Assembly: GCA_964016885.1 (NCBI GenBank)
Contig: OZ024754.1
Location: 10,602,001-10,666,000, forward strand
Direction: 5' to 3'
DNA: 64,000 nt
Source: Eledone cirrhosa
Taxonomy: Eukaryota
Below the pieces are notes generated by a model. It was not told where the DNA came from, made no database searches, and saw only the letters and a program-made list of their open reading frames with translations. A program made the translations under genes and the position numbers. This document shows, one piece after another, positions 63,333 through 64,000 of this stretch; position 1 is the stretch's first letter; every line of letters begins with the position of its first letter.

Positions 63333-64000
63333 ATATTAAGAATAACAAGATGAGGTTTCACAATTAGTGACCATTACACGTTTCACAGATGATTGGCTCA
63401 AGGTCCACATTATAGACCTGACTCCAGCTTCAATCTGCTCATCAGACATGTTAATCAAGCTAAAAACAAGATTTCATCTGAGGGCATCCAGTATTGCATG
63501 GAATATATAGATGGGCATGTATCTATATACTGTATATTTCAAATTCACTCAGATAAAAGTTTGGTGTAGTGTGTGTGTGTGGTGTGTGTGGTGTGTGGTG
63601 TGTGGTGTGTGGTGTGTGGTGTGTGGTGTGTGGTGTGTGTGTGTGTCATAGAACCACCCTGGTTCTATGATATAAAACTGTTCATTTTTTAAAGGTTCAT
63701 ACTTATATTAAAGCCTCCTATCAGAATTTTATTTATGAAATTTTTGTCAAGTAATATTCTAAACATCAGCTTTATAAGAAAAAAGTTATTCTTCTGAATT
63801 TCAAAATAACTATTTTAAAAATTAATTGAAACACATAGATATAGTCTTCCATTAGAAATATGCTAACAAAAAAGGTTAACCCTTTAAATACTATTATTAT
63901 ATACTTTAAATACTATTATTATTATATTAAATACTATTATATTTTCATGGTAAATGCTTTATCTCACATAATATCGAATCTCTGAGATTTTGAAAGGATT

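Noticed and set aside
61152-64000. Upstream kinase exon (Gly-rich loop, GNGTYGQVYK)
   Set aside because: I could not find it on the minus strand. It presumably lies beyond the window end.

Overview
This is AT-rich, repeat-dense eukaryotic (animal) DNA. The SINE, LINE and microsatellite landscape suggests a coleoid cephalopod such as Octopus, but that is inference. The whole window lies inside one minus-strand gene. Five tiny exons missed by the ORF track (61095-61151, 15667-15711, 12994-13074, 4313-4361, 544-605) splice in frame through canonical GT-AG sites into 98 aa of a misshapen/MAP4K4/TNIK/MINK1 (GCK-IV STE20) kinase domain: [98 protein letters not shown]. Everything else is intron. It holds decayed RTE-type LINEs (one family with a PHD finger inserted in the RT), tRNA-derived SINEs, TTAA/piggyBac-type and other MITEs, a probable solo LTR, a CRE-like fragment, hammerhead-ribozyme motifs and long microsatellites. 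The standout is a 14.7-kb array of about 370 39-41-bp units (28141-42841) in the 45-kb intron. It grew in place from the RT C-terminal coding sequence of a dead RTE LINE, whose two halves still flank it. On the transcribed strand each unit reads as a polypyrimidine tract plus TACAG|G, i.e. a splice-acceptor mimic. The giant ORFs in the track are artefacts of this array and of microsatellites.
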